Assembly (NCBI GenBank): GCA_043732305.1
Contig: JAYTHU010000062.1
Location: 1-64,000, forward strand
Length of the DNA stretch: 64,000 bases
Source of the DNA: Oligoflexia bacterium
Lineage (GTDB): Bacteria; Bdellovibrionota; Bdellovibrionia; JABDDW01
Direction of reading: 5' to 3'
The position numbers were made by a program, and so were the translations under genes. The stretch's first letter is position 1. Each line of letters opens with the position of its first letter. A model generated the notes under the pieces. The model did not search any database, had not been told where the DNA came from, and saw only the letters and a program-made list of their open reading frames with translations. This document shows positions 9,503-19,645 of the stretch, one piece after another.

Positions 9503-11093
9503 ATTGGTTCCAAAATCTTTGAGTGCTTTCCGGATCTGGTATAATTTCAAAAATTTGTTCAGGGCTTATAAAATTCATTTCGCCTTCTTTTTGATCGATC
9601 TTTCTATAACTCAAATTCCAGGTCTTGGCCCAATGCTCAAAGTTCAGGTCATGAGTATTAAGATACTCGTCTTTTTTGAACATGCGATCAAAAATTTTTC
9701 CGCCACTATTATTTACAATCACTAGCTTGAAGCCTGAATTTCCAAGCTGTGGCAATACCCAAGGCGCCTGCATGTCATAGAGAGCCGTGAGATCTCCAAC
9801 TATCGCCCAGTTCTGCGTCTTCTGCAGGCCACCAAAGAATGTAGAAATCTGCCCGTCAATTCCATTTAGTCCGCGGGTCCCTCGACATTGCAGACTTTTT
9901 TCTGAGAAATCCGCAGCTAAATCCCACTCACGGATGGGCAAGCTATTTCCAAGATAGACTGACGAAAATTCTGGAATCGATTTTGACAAACTAAAAATCA
10001 ATGATGGCTCGGACCATTTTTCTTCAGAGAATAATTTTTCGACGGTTGCTAACCTGAGCGAATCTTCAGTCTTGAGTTGTGAAAACCTATGAAAGTTTTT
10101 TCCCAATTTAGAAACAAAGTCAGAGGGCATAATATCCAGTAAAGCAGCAATATCACCGTGGACAATCTCTGCTCCTGGAAGACCCGAAAAATCTTTTGCG
10201 CTGAGAGAGAGAACAGGTACAGGCGTTTTAGATTCGAGGTCTCTCCAGAGCCGGTGTGTTGGAACAGCGCCGATTCTAAACACCGCATCGATGGGAAAAT
10301 CACATAATGAAGCGCGGTTTAAAATCTTATCGGCTGAATAAATTTGTGTGGCTCTGAGGTCACCGCATTCGCGAAGTCCTGAAGGGCCTTCGGCATAAAA
10401 CAAGAGACGAGACTTTAGTAGGAACTTTTTTACAGCAGAGCTTTCCCGTGATTTCAGTCCAGAAACAAGAACAAGTGTGTTTGGGTATTTTTCTAAAAAC
10501 CGTATTATTTTTTGAGTTTTTTCGATGACATTATTTTTTTTCGATTCTTTAAGTACATCAAACTCAATATTTACAAACGCGCCATCAAATTTTCCAGGCA
10601 AGGGTTCATCAAAACAGACATTTAAATGAAGCGGCATCTCCGGATTAAATTCCAAAACGGCGAATTCTTGAACCGAGTCATCGGCATTTGAATTCAAATC
10701 ATAAGACCGTGAAACGTAAATCCCGTATATCCCCACTTGCTCCGCCGTTTGGGGTGCTCCGGTCCCACGATAATGGGCGGGCCTATCCGCAGTAATAACA
10801 ATGAGTGGAAGCGAACTGTAATAAGCCTCCATGACTGCAGGCAAAAGCTCACCAGCAGCAGTTCCAGAAGTGGTTATCACGACTACTGGTTTTTCAGTGA
10901 CCTGCATTCGGCCAATAGCAAAAAAACTAGCGGCTCTCTCATCAAAGAAACTTATTTTTTCAAAATCAATTCTTGTAGTGAGAGATTCAATAAATGGACT
11001 GTTGCGTGCTCCGGGGCAAACACAGATTGTCTCGACTCCCAATTTTTTCAACGCGTCTAAAACTGATTTTGCTAAATCCAAATTTGCAATCAT
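9489..11093 (-). CDS. menD: SEPHCHC synthase (TPP-dependent)
   Basis: CPGARNSP, DERAASF, TTSGTA, TADRP, RGLNGIDG, GDLTALYD and NNSGGKIF motifs. Confidence 0.97.
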   Translation of the reverse strand: MIANLDLAKSVLDALKKLGVETICVCPGARNSPFIESLTTRIDFEKISFFDERAASFFAIGRMQVTEKPVVVITTSGTAAGELLPAVMEAYYSSLPLIVITADRPAHYRGTGAPQTAEQVGIYGIYVSRSYDLNSNADDSVQEFAVLEFNPEMPLHLNVCFDEPLPGKFDGAFVNIEFDVLKESKKNNVIEKTQKIIRFLEKYPNTLVLVSGLKSRESSAVKKFLLKSRLLFYAEGPSGLRECGDLRATQIYSADKILNRASLCDFPIDAVFRIGAVPTHRLWRDLESKTPVPVLSLSAKDFSGLPGAEIVHGDIAALLDIMPSDFVSKLGKNFHRFSQLKTEDSLRLATVEKLFSEEKWSEPSLIFSLSKSIPEFSSVYLGNSLPIREWDLAADFSEKSLQCRGTRGLNGIDGQISTFFGGLQKTQNWAIVGDLTALYDMQAPWVLPQLGNSGFKLVIVNNSGGKIFDRMFKKDEYLNTHDLNFEHWAKTWNLSYRKIDQKEGEMNFISPEQIFEIIPDPESTQRFWNQYEKI

Positions 11094-12196
11094 GGTCTGG
11101 CCTCGATATTTTCATCGGTAAAATTTTTTTCAATAAAAAATTCTTCAATAGCCGCGATCTTAAGTTGAAGTTCCTCTAACTCATTTTCGAAAACACTTTC
11201 TTTCACCACGCCGCAACCCGCCGAAATATAAAATCCATTATCGTCCCAACGAGCTCCCCTGATCATCACAACCATGAGGGCACGGCCATCAGCAAATTCA
11301 ATTCCGAAGGGGGCACCAAAGTTTTTTCGCGGACAATCAGCATCGAAACTAGCGAGCAATTCCGCAGTTTCGGCTTTTGGAAATCCACCTAACGCTGGCG
11401 TGGGATGCAACTGAGTCACAAGTTTAGAAAACAATTCTTTAGAATTTTCTACATTCATTGAAAGATGAATCGGCGTTTCCAAATGATAAAATCGGGTGAG
11501 TTTTTTCAAGCGAAGGTTACCCGTTTTGACTTTTCCCAAAGGTTCCAAAGTTTTTGCAATGCCATCCACAACAAACTGGTGTTCACTCAATTCTTTGGGA
11601 TCGGTTAAAAGGCTTTCGGGATTTCGATTAACACTTCTCGTTCCCGCAAGTGCCACCGTCTGAACTTCCGTGCCAGATTTTTCGAATAACATCTCAGGGG
11701 TAGCACCCATGAATCCTTCATCTGCATTCCAAGAGCCATAAACAAACGAATGAGTTTTTTCGCAAAGAGTGATCAGATTTTTCAGAAACCTGATTTTCGA
11801 CTGCACCGTCACTTTACGAGAGCTTTTCTTAATAGCGTAAGGGACGATTTTGTAAATCTGCCCAGATTTGATGGCAGTCATTGAGGCATCGAAGAATTTT
11901 CTAAAATGAGAAATATCGATATGGCCCGGATTTGGTATGACCTCGAGGGATTCGGAGACACTCTCAAGGAGATTTAAAAGTTCAAAGGCTGTAAGCTTGA
12001 CTGTATCGGTGCAATCGACGGTCTGTAAGTCACCGTGAAAGTTCTGAGTCCAAAATTTAGGGTTCTCTGGGAGGGCAGGCCGAACGGCTTTCTTGCCGTG
12101 ATCAGAGAGGCCTAGCCAGTAGGTTCCACGGCCATCGCCCAATATGGCACCACGAGTAATAAAATGAATGAATTCCTGTTTATCGAGGTTGACCAC
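11090..12196 (-). CDS. menF: Isochorismate synthase
   Basis: GATPE, ALAGT, KELSEH, LHPTPALGGFP and AGCGVV...E..E...K (chorismate-binding family); first gene of the men operon. Confidence 0.9.
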   Translation of the reverse strand: MVNLDKQEFIHFITRGAILGDGRGTYWLGLSDHGKKAVRPALPENPKFWTQNFHGDLQTVDCTDTVKLTAFELLNLLESVSESLEVIPNPGHIDISHFRKFFDASMTAIKSGQIYKIVPYAIKKSSRKVTVQSKIRFLKNLITLCEKTHSFVYGSWNADEGFMGATPEMLFEKSGTEVQTVALAGTRSVNRNPESLLTDPKELSEHQFVVDGIAKTLEPLGKVKTGNLRLKKLTRFYHLETPIHLSMNVENSKELFSKLVTQLHPTPALGGFPKAETAELLASFDADCPRKNFGAPFGIEFADGRALMVVMIRGARWDDNGFYISAGCGVVKESVFENELEELQLKIAAIEEFFIEKNFTDENIEARP

Positions 12197-12225
12197 GGCG
12201 GCAGAAATAACATAATTTACTCATC

Positions 12226-12993
12226 ATGTCTTATGAATCTGTGTTTTTTTCCCCGGATCAATTGACCCTCATAGCTGGCCCTTGTTCAATTGACTCGGAA
12301 GAAACTTATTTTAAAACTATAACGAATTTAAAGGCTCTCGGCGTTCACGCTTTACGCGGAGCTATATTTAAAATGCGAACCAATCCTTTGAGTTTTCAAG
12401 GAATGGGATTCGCAGGTTTAGACATTCTCAAAAAGGCGCGCAAACAGTTGGAATTGCCCATCGTTACTGAAGTGACAGATCCACGACAGATTGAAAGTTT
12501 AATGGATACGGTGGACATGTTCCAAGTGGGCGCGAGAAGCATGTACAACTACGAACTTCTCAAAGAACTCGCCGCCACGAACAAACCAGTTCTTCTAAAA
12601 CGAGCGTTTTCTGCTTTGATTGACGAATGGATTGGTTCCGCAGAATATCTCGCAAATGGTGGGAACGAAAAAGTTATCTTATGCGAACGCGGTATCAGAA
12701 CTTTTGAAACAAAAACTCGCAATACTTTAGATTTAAATGCAGTTGCCTACTTGAAGGCCAACACGCCATTTAAAGTTTTCGTTGATCCCAGTCATGGAAC
12801 AGGACACAAGCAATATGTGAGACCGATGGCCTTGGCTGCAGTGGCAGCAGGTGCGGACGGACTCATCATTGAAGTGCACGATGATATTTCGAAAGCGCTT
12901 TCGGATAAGCTCCAAGCCTTAACATCTGACGAATTTGCGTTGCTAGTTAAAGATTTAAAGGCCATTCTTCCAACCTTTGGAAAGAGATTATAA
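12226..12993 (+). CDS. aroF: DAHP synthase class I-beta, catalytic domain only
   Basis: IAGPCS, K.RT.P.SFQG, QVGARSM.N, CERGIRTFE, DPSHGTG and ALSD..Q motifs; no N-terminal regulatory domain. Confidence 0.93.
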   Translation: MSYESVFFSPDQLTLIAGPCSIDSEETYFKTITNLKALGVHALRGAIFKMRTNPLSFQGMGFAGLDILKKARKQLELPIVTEVTDPRQIESLMDTVDMFQVGARSMYNYELLKELAATNKPVLLKRAFSALIDEWIGSAEYLANGGNEKVILCERGIRTFETKTRNTLDLNAVAYLKANTPFKVFVDPSHGTGHKQYVRPMALAAVAAGADGLIIEVHDDISKALSDKLQALTSDEFALLVKDLKAILPTFGKRL

Positions 12994-12996
12994 ATT

Positions 12997-13701
12997 ATGT
13001 TTTCCGCGCAAGAACCAACGTCCATTCAAAAAATGTTTAATCAGATTGCATCGAAATATGATTTCGCAAATTCAATTTTATCCTTAGGCACTCATTGGCT
13101 TTGGAAAAAAAAACTCGTCCAAATCACTAAACCCGAAGCCGGCCAGAAAATTCTTGATTGCGCCACCGGCACTGGGGACATTGCTTTCTTGCTTGAAAAA
13201 CACAGCACGGGAAAAGCCTTTGTCACAGGTGTAGATTTTTCTGAGAACATGCTCGCCGTGGCTTTGCAAAAAGCAAATCAAATGGGAAGCCATGCAAAAT
13301 TCCAATTTGCTGACGTCGAAAACCTTCCCTTCAAAGATCAAGAGTTTGATGCCGCTACGATAAGTTTTGGTCTAAGAAACATTCGTGACACCAAACAAGC
13401 ACTCAAAGAATTGGCCCGAGTCGTAAAACCTGGAGGCAAGGTTGTCATTTTAGAATTCGGCCAGCCCAAAGTACAGGGCATCAAACAAATGTATGATCTC
13501 TATTCAAAAGAAATCCTTCCACGCATCGGTGGCATCATCAGCGGCCAACGAAGTGCGTACAAATATTTGCAATCCTCCTCATCTAAATTTCCCTGCGGAG
13601 AAGAACTCGCGCAGCTCGCCAAAAGCCTAGGAGTTTATAGTTCAACAAACTTCAAGGAACTCAGCTTCGGAATTGCCTACATATACACTTTCGTTGTTTA
13701 A
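12997..13701 (+). CDS. menG: Demethylmenaquinone methyltransferase (UbiE/MenG)
   Basis: MF..IA.KYD..N..LS.G.H..WK, LDCATGTGD, ISFGLRN, KPGG...ILEF and AY.YL..S...FP motifs. Confidence 0.95.
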   Translation: MFSAQEPTSIQKMFNQIASKYDFANSILSLGTHWLWKKKLVQITKPEAGQKILDCATGTGDIAFLLEKHSTGKAFVTGVDFSENMLAVALQKANQMGSHAKFQFADVENLPFKDQEFDAATISFGLRNIRDTKQALKELARVVKPGGKVVILEFGQPKVQGIKQMYDLYSKEILPRIGGIISGQRSAYKYLQSSSSKFPCGEELAQLAKSLGVYSSTNFKELSFGIAYIYTFVV

Positions 13702-13739
13702 TAAAGGAGAAGTCATAAAGAAATGAAAGGAAAATTCTT

Positions 13740-14348
13740 ATGAGAAATTTACGATCGATATTATCGCTAGTCATTTTGACTGTCTTTTTAGTGGCACCCA
13801 AAGCAAATGCAATGGCCAGCTACAGTAGTGGAGGCTCTTCAGGATTTAAAATCAAGCCAGACATCATGTATTTGTATGACTATCAGGGCGGAACCAACGG
13901 AAGTGGTATCACCACCACTCGCCTATTGGGAAATTTGAGCCTAGGCTATGTCTTCGCCGACTCACCTTTTTACTTGGGTGGAATTTATAGCTACGACTCT
14001 AAATCTAGCACAGGAAACAGTCAGCAAAAAGACACATTCAATTCCTATGGTTTAACGGTTGGTTTATTGACCGATAATGTCTATATGTTGTTTTCATATT
14101 TTTTATCGAGTCAGTATGATCAAATTCCATCTACCGGCGGTTCAACAACTTCGTACACCAGTGGCAGTGGTTTTCAAGTGGCTCTCGGTTATTTGTTCAC
14201 GATCAGTTCTGGTGTTCAAATCGGACCTGAACTGGATTATCGAAGCTTGAGCTACACTCAAATTAAAAATCCCAATGGAACAACTGGTTCTGCAAGTTTG
14301 ACTGCAAATACTCTTGTTCCCTACATCTCTCTTGTTTTCAGCTTATAA
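13740..14348 (+). CDS. Small outer-membrane beta-barrel protein
   Basis: Sec signal (..KANA), alternating aromatic/Gly strands, C-terminal PYISLVFSL; RBS GAAAGGA. Confidence 0.7.
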   Translation: MRNLRSILSLVILTVFLVAPKANAMASYSSGGSSGFKIKPDIMYLYDYQGGTNGSGITTTRLLGNLSLGYVFADSPFYLGGIYSYDSKSSTGNSQQKDTFNSYGLTVGLLTDNVYMLFSYFLSSQYDQIPSTGGSTTSYTSGSGFQVALGYLFTISSGVQIGPELDYRSLSYTQIKNPNGTTGSASLTANTLVPYISLVFSL

Positions 14349-15158
14349 ATTAAAGCTGGAGCACGTATTTTGATTTTGATGAATGGTCTCCGATAAAACG
14401 GAGACTATTTTTTTTGCCCCAAGAGATATTTTATTTTTTATACTTTCAACGTTGCCATCAATAAAAACAAATTCGCGCGGACTGGTTTTATCCCGGAAAA
14501 ATTCTTTTATCGCCTGCGGATCTTTTTCACATTCAATTTGAGTGCGCCAAGCTCTCCAACCCTTTGGTGAATGAAGGTCACTTGAAGCAATCAGCGACAA
14601 TGGTTTTCTCAACATCTCCCGCGAAAAAACTCTGCCATTTGCAACTTCCCACACATCGATCAACGGGGAAAATTTTTCGAGATTATCAATCAAATAATAC
14701 GTTTGAGATTTTGCATCTTTTAATTTCATAGGGTGAGCACCAACGGTGAGAGCGTCAAGCTTGCGAGCTTCTTTCAGCCAATTTTCTTCATCTAACTCAG
14801 GAGAAATAAAATCTTTCACGTCGATCGCCAACATGTGGGCATTTCTTTGGTGATCAAAAGTATTGTGCGTGTATTCTACCCCGGTAAAAACGATCATCCG
14901 GTAATTGCGCCATGCTAAGTTTTTTGCTTTTTCAATTTCATCAATATAGGCTTTCCAGTTTTTCTCGGTAAGCGTGATATTCAGAACTCTAGCCCCAAAC
15001 CCAAGAAAATTTTTTTGCTTGCAAAGGTGATCAGTAATGGCAATCGCATCAAACCCGGCTTTACCGTAAAGGTCGACTAATTCAGCGACCGGCAACTTCC
15101 CATCACTGAAATTTGTGTGAAGATGCAGGTCGACTGTGAGTTTTTCTGTTCTATTCAT
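14343..15158 (-). CDS. PHP-domain metallo-phosphoesterase
   Basis: DLHLHT..SDG, AITDH, GVE, AHP and SDLH motifs. Confidence 0.88.
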   Translation of the reverse strand: MNRTEKLTVDLHLHTNFSDGKLPVAELVDLYGKAGFDAIAITDHLCKQKNFLGFGARVLNITLTEKNWKAYIDEIEKAKNLAWRNYRMIVFTGVEYTHNTFDHQRNAHMLAIDVKDFISPELDEENWLKEARKLDALTVGAHPMKLKDAKSQTYYLIDNLEKFSPLIDVWEVANGRVFSREMLRKPLSLIASSDLHSPKGWRAWRTQIECEKDPQAIKEFFRDKTSPREFVFIDGNVESIKNKISLGAKKIVSVLSETIHQNQNTCSSFNL

Positions 15159-15165
15159 GCCTCTA

Positions 15166-15173
15166 TTATCGGA
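15166..15173 (-). promoter_or_regulatory. sigma28/FliA-like -10 element (TCCGATAA), 7 nt before the ATG of the PHP gene
   Basis: Matches GCCGATAA at 7/8; -35 is weak. Confidence 0.45.
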
Positions 15174-15232
15174 GGCAATCGATTCACACAGGGTAAAGAG
15201 CGTATGAAGACTTCGTTAAGCTGATGGCCAAT

Positions 15233-17062
15233 TTACTCGACCGTGACTGATTTCGCTAAATTTCTTGGCTTATCAACATCGCGATTTAGGACCACGGCGA
15301 GGTGATAACTCAAAAGCTGAATCGGTATAGAAGCAAGTACGGTGTTGGTGATCGAACTTCCTTTGGGAATAGCCAAGTAGTGAACGGCCAGGCGCTCTAG
15401 ATTTTCATCGTCGTGATTGCCAATAGCAATGATTTGACCACCGCGTGCTCGGACCTCTTCAATGTTGCTGATATTTTTTTCGTAAAGTTCGTCCTTAGGA
15501 GCCAATGTGATGATGGCCATATCTTTGTCCACCAAAGCAATAGGACCATGTTTCAATTCGCCAGAGGGATAACCTTCGGCGTGAAGATAAGTGATCTCCT
15601 TCAGCTTAAGAGCGCCTTCCATAGCGATGGGATAAAGTATGCCGCGTCCTAGATAGAGAAAACCTTTGTACTTGGTGAGACCTTTGGCTGCTTCCTTAAA
15701 CCACTTGTCATGATTGAGACACACTTCCACCTGGCTTGGCAGTGCCAAAAGTGATTCGACTTCCGCGGCCATTCTTTCTTTTGTGATCGTTTTCCTCAAT
15801 CGAGCTAAATGCAAAGTCATCAGATGTAATGCAACGATTTGAGAGGTGAATGCTTTTGTGGAGCAAACGCCAATTTCTGGGCCAGCGAGGGTATAAAGTC
15901 TAGCATCAGCTTCGCGGTCAATAGTTGATTGCGCCACATTGCAAAGACTCAGAACTTTGAGGCCGGCTTTTCTGCAAAATCTCATGCTAGCGAGTGTGTC
16001 TGCGGTTTCGCCACTTTGACTCACGGTCACAACTAAAGTTTTTTTATCTAGTACGGGATTGCGATATCTGAACTCGCTTCCTATATCCACTTCGGCAGGA
16101 ATCCGTGCGAGTGATTCCAACATGTATTTTGCTGTGAGTGCGGAATGCCAAGCAGATCCGCAAGCAATCAGTTGAATGCGCTCAAAGCCAAGCCATTCCT
16201 CATCGGTCAATCCGGTGTCTTTAAGAACAACCGTTTTATTCGCATGGTCAATGTGCGGAACCATGGTTTGACCGATGGCTCGCGGCTGCTCGTAAATTTC
16301 TTTTTCCATGAAGGTTGTGAAACCTTCTTTTTCAGCCATGGCCGTTGTCCAATGAACCTCATGAATTTTTTTATTCACGGTTTTTCCATTGATGTCGTAA
16401 AAGTGCGCGTCGTTTTTATGACTCACAACAATTTCACCGTCATCGAGATAAACAACTTTATTGGTGTGTTCAATAAAAGCTTGAACGTCACTGGCAATGA
16501 TCACTTCTTTATCGCCAAGCCCCACGAGCATGGGCGTTCCATTTTTAAATGCAAGTAAAGTGTCGGGTTCGCTTTCATTAACAACAAGAATTGAGTAAGC
16601 ACCTTGCAGTTGGGGAATAACTTTTAACGTGGCCTCTAAAATTCCTGAACCCTTCGTAATTTCCCGAACAAGTAAATGGGCGACAAGTTCGGAATCCGTG
16701 TCAGAGGTAAGTATTGACCCTGACTTGATGAGATCTTTTTTGATTTCGACATAATTTTCGATGATGCCATTGTGGACAATAGCAACGGGACCAACTTTAT
16801 GAGGATGAGCATTGCGTTCATTGGGCTCACCGTGAGTGGCCCACCTGGTGTGACCGATTCCCGTCGGACCAGAAAAATCAATGTCGTGAATTTTAGTTTC
16901 AAGATTTGTAAGTCTGCCTGGAGCTCTAAAAACTTTCAGCTGTTTATTATCAAAGATAGCTACGCCTGTGCTGTCGTAACCGCGATATTCTAATCGCCTC
17001 AACCCATCAAGAATAATTTTTTTAGGATCCTGAGAACCCCAGTAGCCAACAATTCCGCACAT
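15233..17062 (-). CDS. glmS: Glutamine-fructose-6-phosphate aminotransferase
   Basis: MCGIVG, EYRGYDS, GHTRWATHG, SQSGETADT and PRNLAKSVTVE motifs. Confidence 0.99.
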   Translation of the reverse strand: MCGIVGYWGSQDPKKIILDGLRRLEYRGYDSTGVAIFDNKQLKVFRAPGRLTNLETKIHDIDFSGPTGIGHTRWATHGEPNERNAHPHKVGPVAIVHNGIIENYVEIKKDLIKSGSILTSDTDSELVAHLLVREITKGSGILEATLKVIPQLQGAYSILVVNESEPDTLLAFKNGTPMLVGLGDKEVIIASDVQAFIEHTNKVVYLDDGEIVVSHKNDAHFYDINGKTVNKKIHEVHWTTAMAEKEGFTTFMEKEIYEQPRAIGQTMVPHIDHANKTVVLKDTGLTDEEWLGFERIQLIACGSAWHSALTAKYMLESLARIPAEVDIGSEFRYRNPVLDKKTLVVTVSQSGETADTLASMRFCRKAGLKVLSLCNVAQSTIDREADARLYTLAGPEIGVCSTKAFTSQIVALHLMTLHLARLRKTITKERMAAEVESLLALPSQVEVCLNHDKWFKEAAKGLTKYKGFLYLGRGILYPIAMEGALKLKEITYLHAEGYPSGELKHGPIALVDKDMAIITLAPKDELYEKNISNIEEVRARGGQIIAIGNHDDENLERLAVHYLAIPKGSSITNTVLASIPIQLLSYHLAVVLNRDVDKPRNLAKSVTVE

Positions 17063-17065
17063 GAC

Positions 17066-18424
17066 CTACTCCTTATTGTAATTCTCTTTAGTGAACTGGC
17101 GAGACCTTGCCACGCCCAATGCTCGAGCTGGCACGTCTTTGGTGATAGTGCTTCCACTGCCAATGATCGCGTGATCGCCAATATTTACAGGCGCCACAAA
17201 CTGAGAATCACTGCCCACAAAAACATTTTTTCCGATCACTGTCTTGTATTTCTTTTTATCGACGGCGTAATTACAAGTAATCGTTCCGCAACCTATGTTT
17301 GTGCCTTCACCAATCACTGCATCACCCAGATAACTAAGGTGGCCCGCTTTTGCGCCGGCACCCATTTTAGTTTTCTTGAGCTCCACAAAATTTCCAATGT
17401 GCACAAAACCTTCAAGTTCAGTTTCCGGTCGTAATCGCGCATAAGGACCAACAGAACATTTCTCTGCCATTTTGCTTTTTTCAATCACAGAGCCCCAACG
17501 CAGGTGACAGCCATCAGCAATTTGTGAATCGACAATTTGGCAATGCGCTTCCACAATGCAATTCTCTCCAATGATGGTTGATCCCTTGATCATGCAACCC
17601 GGTTCAACGACGGTACCTTTGCCTATTTTAACGGTCGATTCAATATACGTATTTAACGGCGCAACAACCACCACTCCATCAAGCATTAGTTTTTTTGCCG
17701 AACGCAAGTAGAGAGCGTGTCCAGCTTGTGCTAGTTCGACTGGATTATTCACGCCACAGCTGACGCGTGTTTTTTTAGTGAGAAGCCCGTTCACTTTTTT
17801 TGCATCTTTAATCATGAGCAACACTAAATCTGTGAGGTAAAATTCCTTTTTGGAATTTTTATTCTCAATACAAGGCAGATACTTTTTAAGACACACTGCA
17901 CTCACCACATAAAGTCCCGTGTTGATTTCCCGAATTTTAATCTGCGAAGGTGTGGCATCCTTGGCTTCAACTATAGACTGCAAGCCACCTTTGGCATTTC
18001 TTACTATTCGACCAAATGCTCCGGGTGCTTTCACCTGACAAGTGACTACGCCTAAATCTAAACTGCCGCTAGCCACAAACGCCAAGGAATAATCTTCTGC
18101 AGTGATGAGAGGATGATCGCCATTGCAAATCATGATTTGTCCCGAGAGCGAATTTAAATCCGCGCTTTTTACAGCATCGGCAGTACCCAATTGATTTTTC
18201 TGAGTATAAAATTTAACAGCAGCCAAATCAGAAAGCTCTCGCTTCACAAGCTCGCCACCAAAACCAACGACCACTCGCACTTCTTGAACACCAGCATCGA
18301 GCAGGTTCAAAACCACATGGCGAATAAGTGATTGGCCTGCCGCTTTATGAAGAACTTTCGGGGTTTCGGACTTCATACGCGTCCCTAAACCTGCGGCCAG
18401 AACAATAGCGGTTTTTTGAATCAA
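17066..18424 (-). CDS. glmU: Bifunctional UDP-GlcNAc pyrophosphorylase / glucosamine-1-phosphate acetyltransferase
   Basis: LAAGLGTRMKS..PKVLH, QLGTADAV, EFYLTD, hexapeptide repeats, GNFVELK and HLSYLGDA; RBS AAGGAG. Confidence 0.98.
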   Translation of the reverse strand: MIQKTAIVLAAGLGTRMKSETPKVLHKAAGQSLIRHVVLNLLDAGVQEVRVVVGFGGELVKRELSDLAAVKFYTQKNQLGTADAVKSADLNSLSGQIMICNGDHPLITAEDYSLAFVASGSLDLGVVTCQVKAPGAFGRIVRNAKGGLQSIVEAKDATPSQIKIREINTGLYVVSAVCLKKYLPCIENKNSKKEFYLTDLVLLMIKDAKKVNGLLTKKTRVSCGVNNPVELAQAGHALYLRSAKKLMLDGVVVVAPLNTYIESTVKIGKGTVVEPGCMIKGSTIIGENCIVEAHCQIVDSQIADGCHLRWGSVIEKSKMAEKCSVGPYARLRPETELEGFVHIGNFVELKKTKMGAGAKAGHLSYLGDAVIGEGTNIGCGTITCNYAVDKKKYKTVIGKNVFVGSDSQFVAPVNIGDHAIIGSGSTITKDVPARALGVARSRQFTKENYNKE

Positions 18425-18492
18425 AATGGTTTCTCCTTGATTGCTTGCTTTTGAGTATGAAAATATCTTAGCCTCATGAGTGAGGTCAAGGT

Positions 18493-19170
18493 ATGAAAAA
18501 AACAGAAATTCTTGCCCATTCCGCTCTGAAAAATCCTATCGAGCTTTACCGTTTAGGTATTGCTTATGCCCCCACTCTCATTGTCCTTGGCGGCATGCAT
18601 GGTGATGAGTCTGAGGGGGCGGTTTTTGTGGAAGATTTTCTAGCCCATGTTCAATCCATTCGGCCTATGGACTTGAACGTAAATCTGCTCGTGGTTCCCC
18701 GCTTTAATCCCGATGGTTTATCAAAAAACGAACGTGTGAATGGAAATGGCATCGATCTGAATCGAAACTTCCCCTCACTCGATTGGACTTCTGAAGTCGC
18801 AGCATCCCGTTACAATCCTGGAGCAAAGCCCGAAAGTGAATCTGAGACTTCTGGGTTGGTAAAACTGCTTGAAAAAGAAAATCCATTCTTGATTGTTCAT
18901 GTGCACACTTACTTGCCACAAATCAACTACACCGGCGAAATTTCAATGAAGTGGGCCGAGATTTTGGCGGAAAATTTTGGTCATCCCATCACGGACAATA
19001 TCGGCTATCCCACTCCGGGAAGTCTAGGGCAATACGCGCACCAGATTTTGAAAACCGCGTGCATTTGCGTTGAACTTCCCGAGCAAGTGGAAAGAAATAA
19101 AGCCTGGCAGATGCTTGGTCCAGCCCTATTAAAGATTGCGAAAAGCGGAGGGAAGCTCGGTGAGAATTAA
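18493..19170 (+). CDS. M14 zinc carboxypeptidase, murein peptide amidase MpaA-like
   Basis: GGMHGDE, NPDG....R.N.NGIDLNRNFP, SESET, HVH, IGYPTPGSLG and VELP motifs. Confidence 0.85.
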   Translation: MKKTEILAHSALKNPIELYRLGIAYAPTLIVLGGMHGDESEGAVFVEDFLAHVQSIRPMDLNVNLLVVPRFNPDGLSKNERVNGNGIDLNRNFPSLDWTSEVAASRYNPGAKPESESETSGLVKLLEKENPFLIVHVHTYLPQINYTGEISMKWAEILAENFGHPITDNIGYPTPGSLGQYAHQILKTACICVELPEQVERNKAWQMLGPALLKIAKSGGKLGEN

Positions 19171-19645
19171 AGTTATCATCTTTGATCTCGATGACACTCT
19201 CTACGACACCCACGCTCAAACCGTGAAACCAGCGAATCTTTTGCCTGGAACGATCCAAGCTCTCGTTAAATTTAAAACCGAATTCAAACTTTTTCTAGTC
19301 ACGATCGGTGACCTGGTAATACAAAAAAGAAAAGTTGAGCAATTTAAATTAGGCAGTTACTTCGAACAAATCTTCTACGTGGACCGTAAAACTGAAACTT
19401 CCAAGCGTCTAGCTTTCGAAAGCATCCTCAACATTTCTAACACTGCTCCAGCAGAGATTGTCAGTATTGGAAATCGCGTGGACACGGATATCCGTTGGGC
19501 TAAGGAATTGGGAATGAAGGGCGTGCTTTTTGAATATGGTGAGTACCAACAGTTGGTACCGCAAGTGTTGACGGAAAATCCTGATGCTAGAGTCAAAAAT
19601 CTCGGTGAATTTAAGAAATGGTTAGAACAAAATGGCCGAGAATAA
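19160..19645 (+). CDS. HAD-superfamily hydrolase
   Basis: IFDLDDTL motif I, VT motif II, IGNRVDTDI motif IV; GTG start at 19160. Confidence 0.88.
   Translation: MRIKVIIFDLDDTLYDTHAQTVKPANLLPGTIQALVKFKTEFKLFLVTIGDLVIQKRKVEQFKLGSYFEQIFYVDRKTETSKRLAFESILNISNTAPAEIVSIGNRVDTDIRWAKELGMKGVLFEYGEYQQLVPQVLTENPDARVKNLGEFKKWLEQNGRE

Noticed and set aside
17062..18493. glmS ribozyme
   Set aside because: glmS starts 3 nt after the glmU stop, leaving no leader, and no ribozyme core was seen upstream of glmU.
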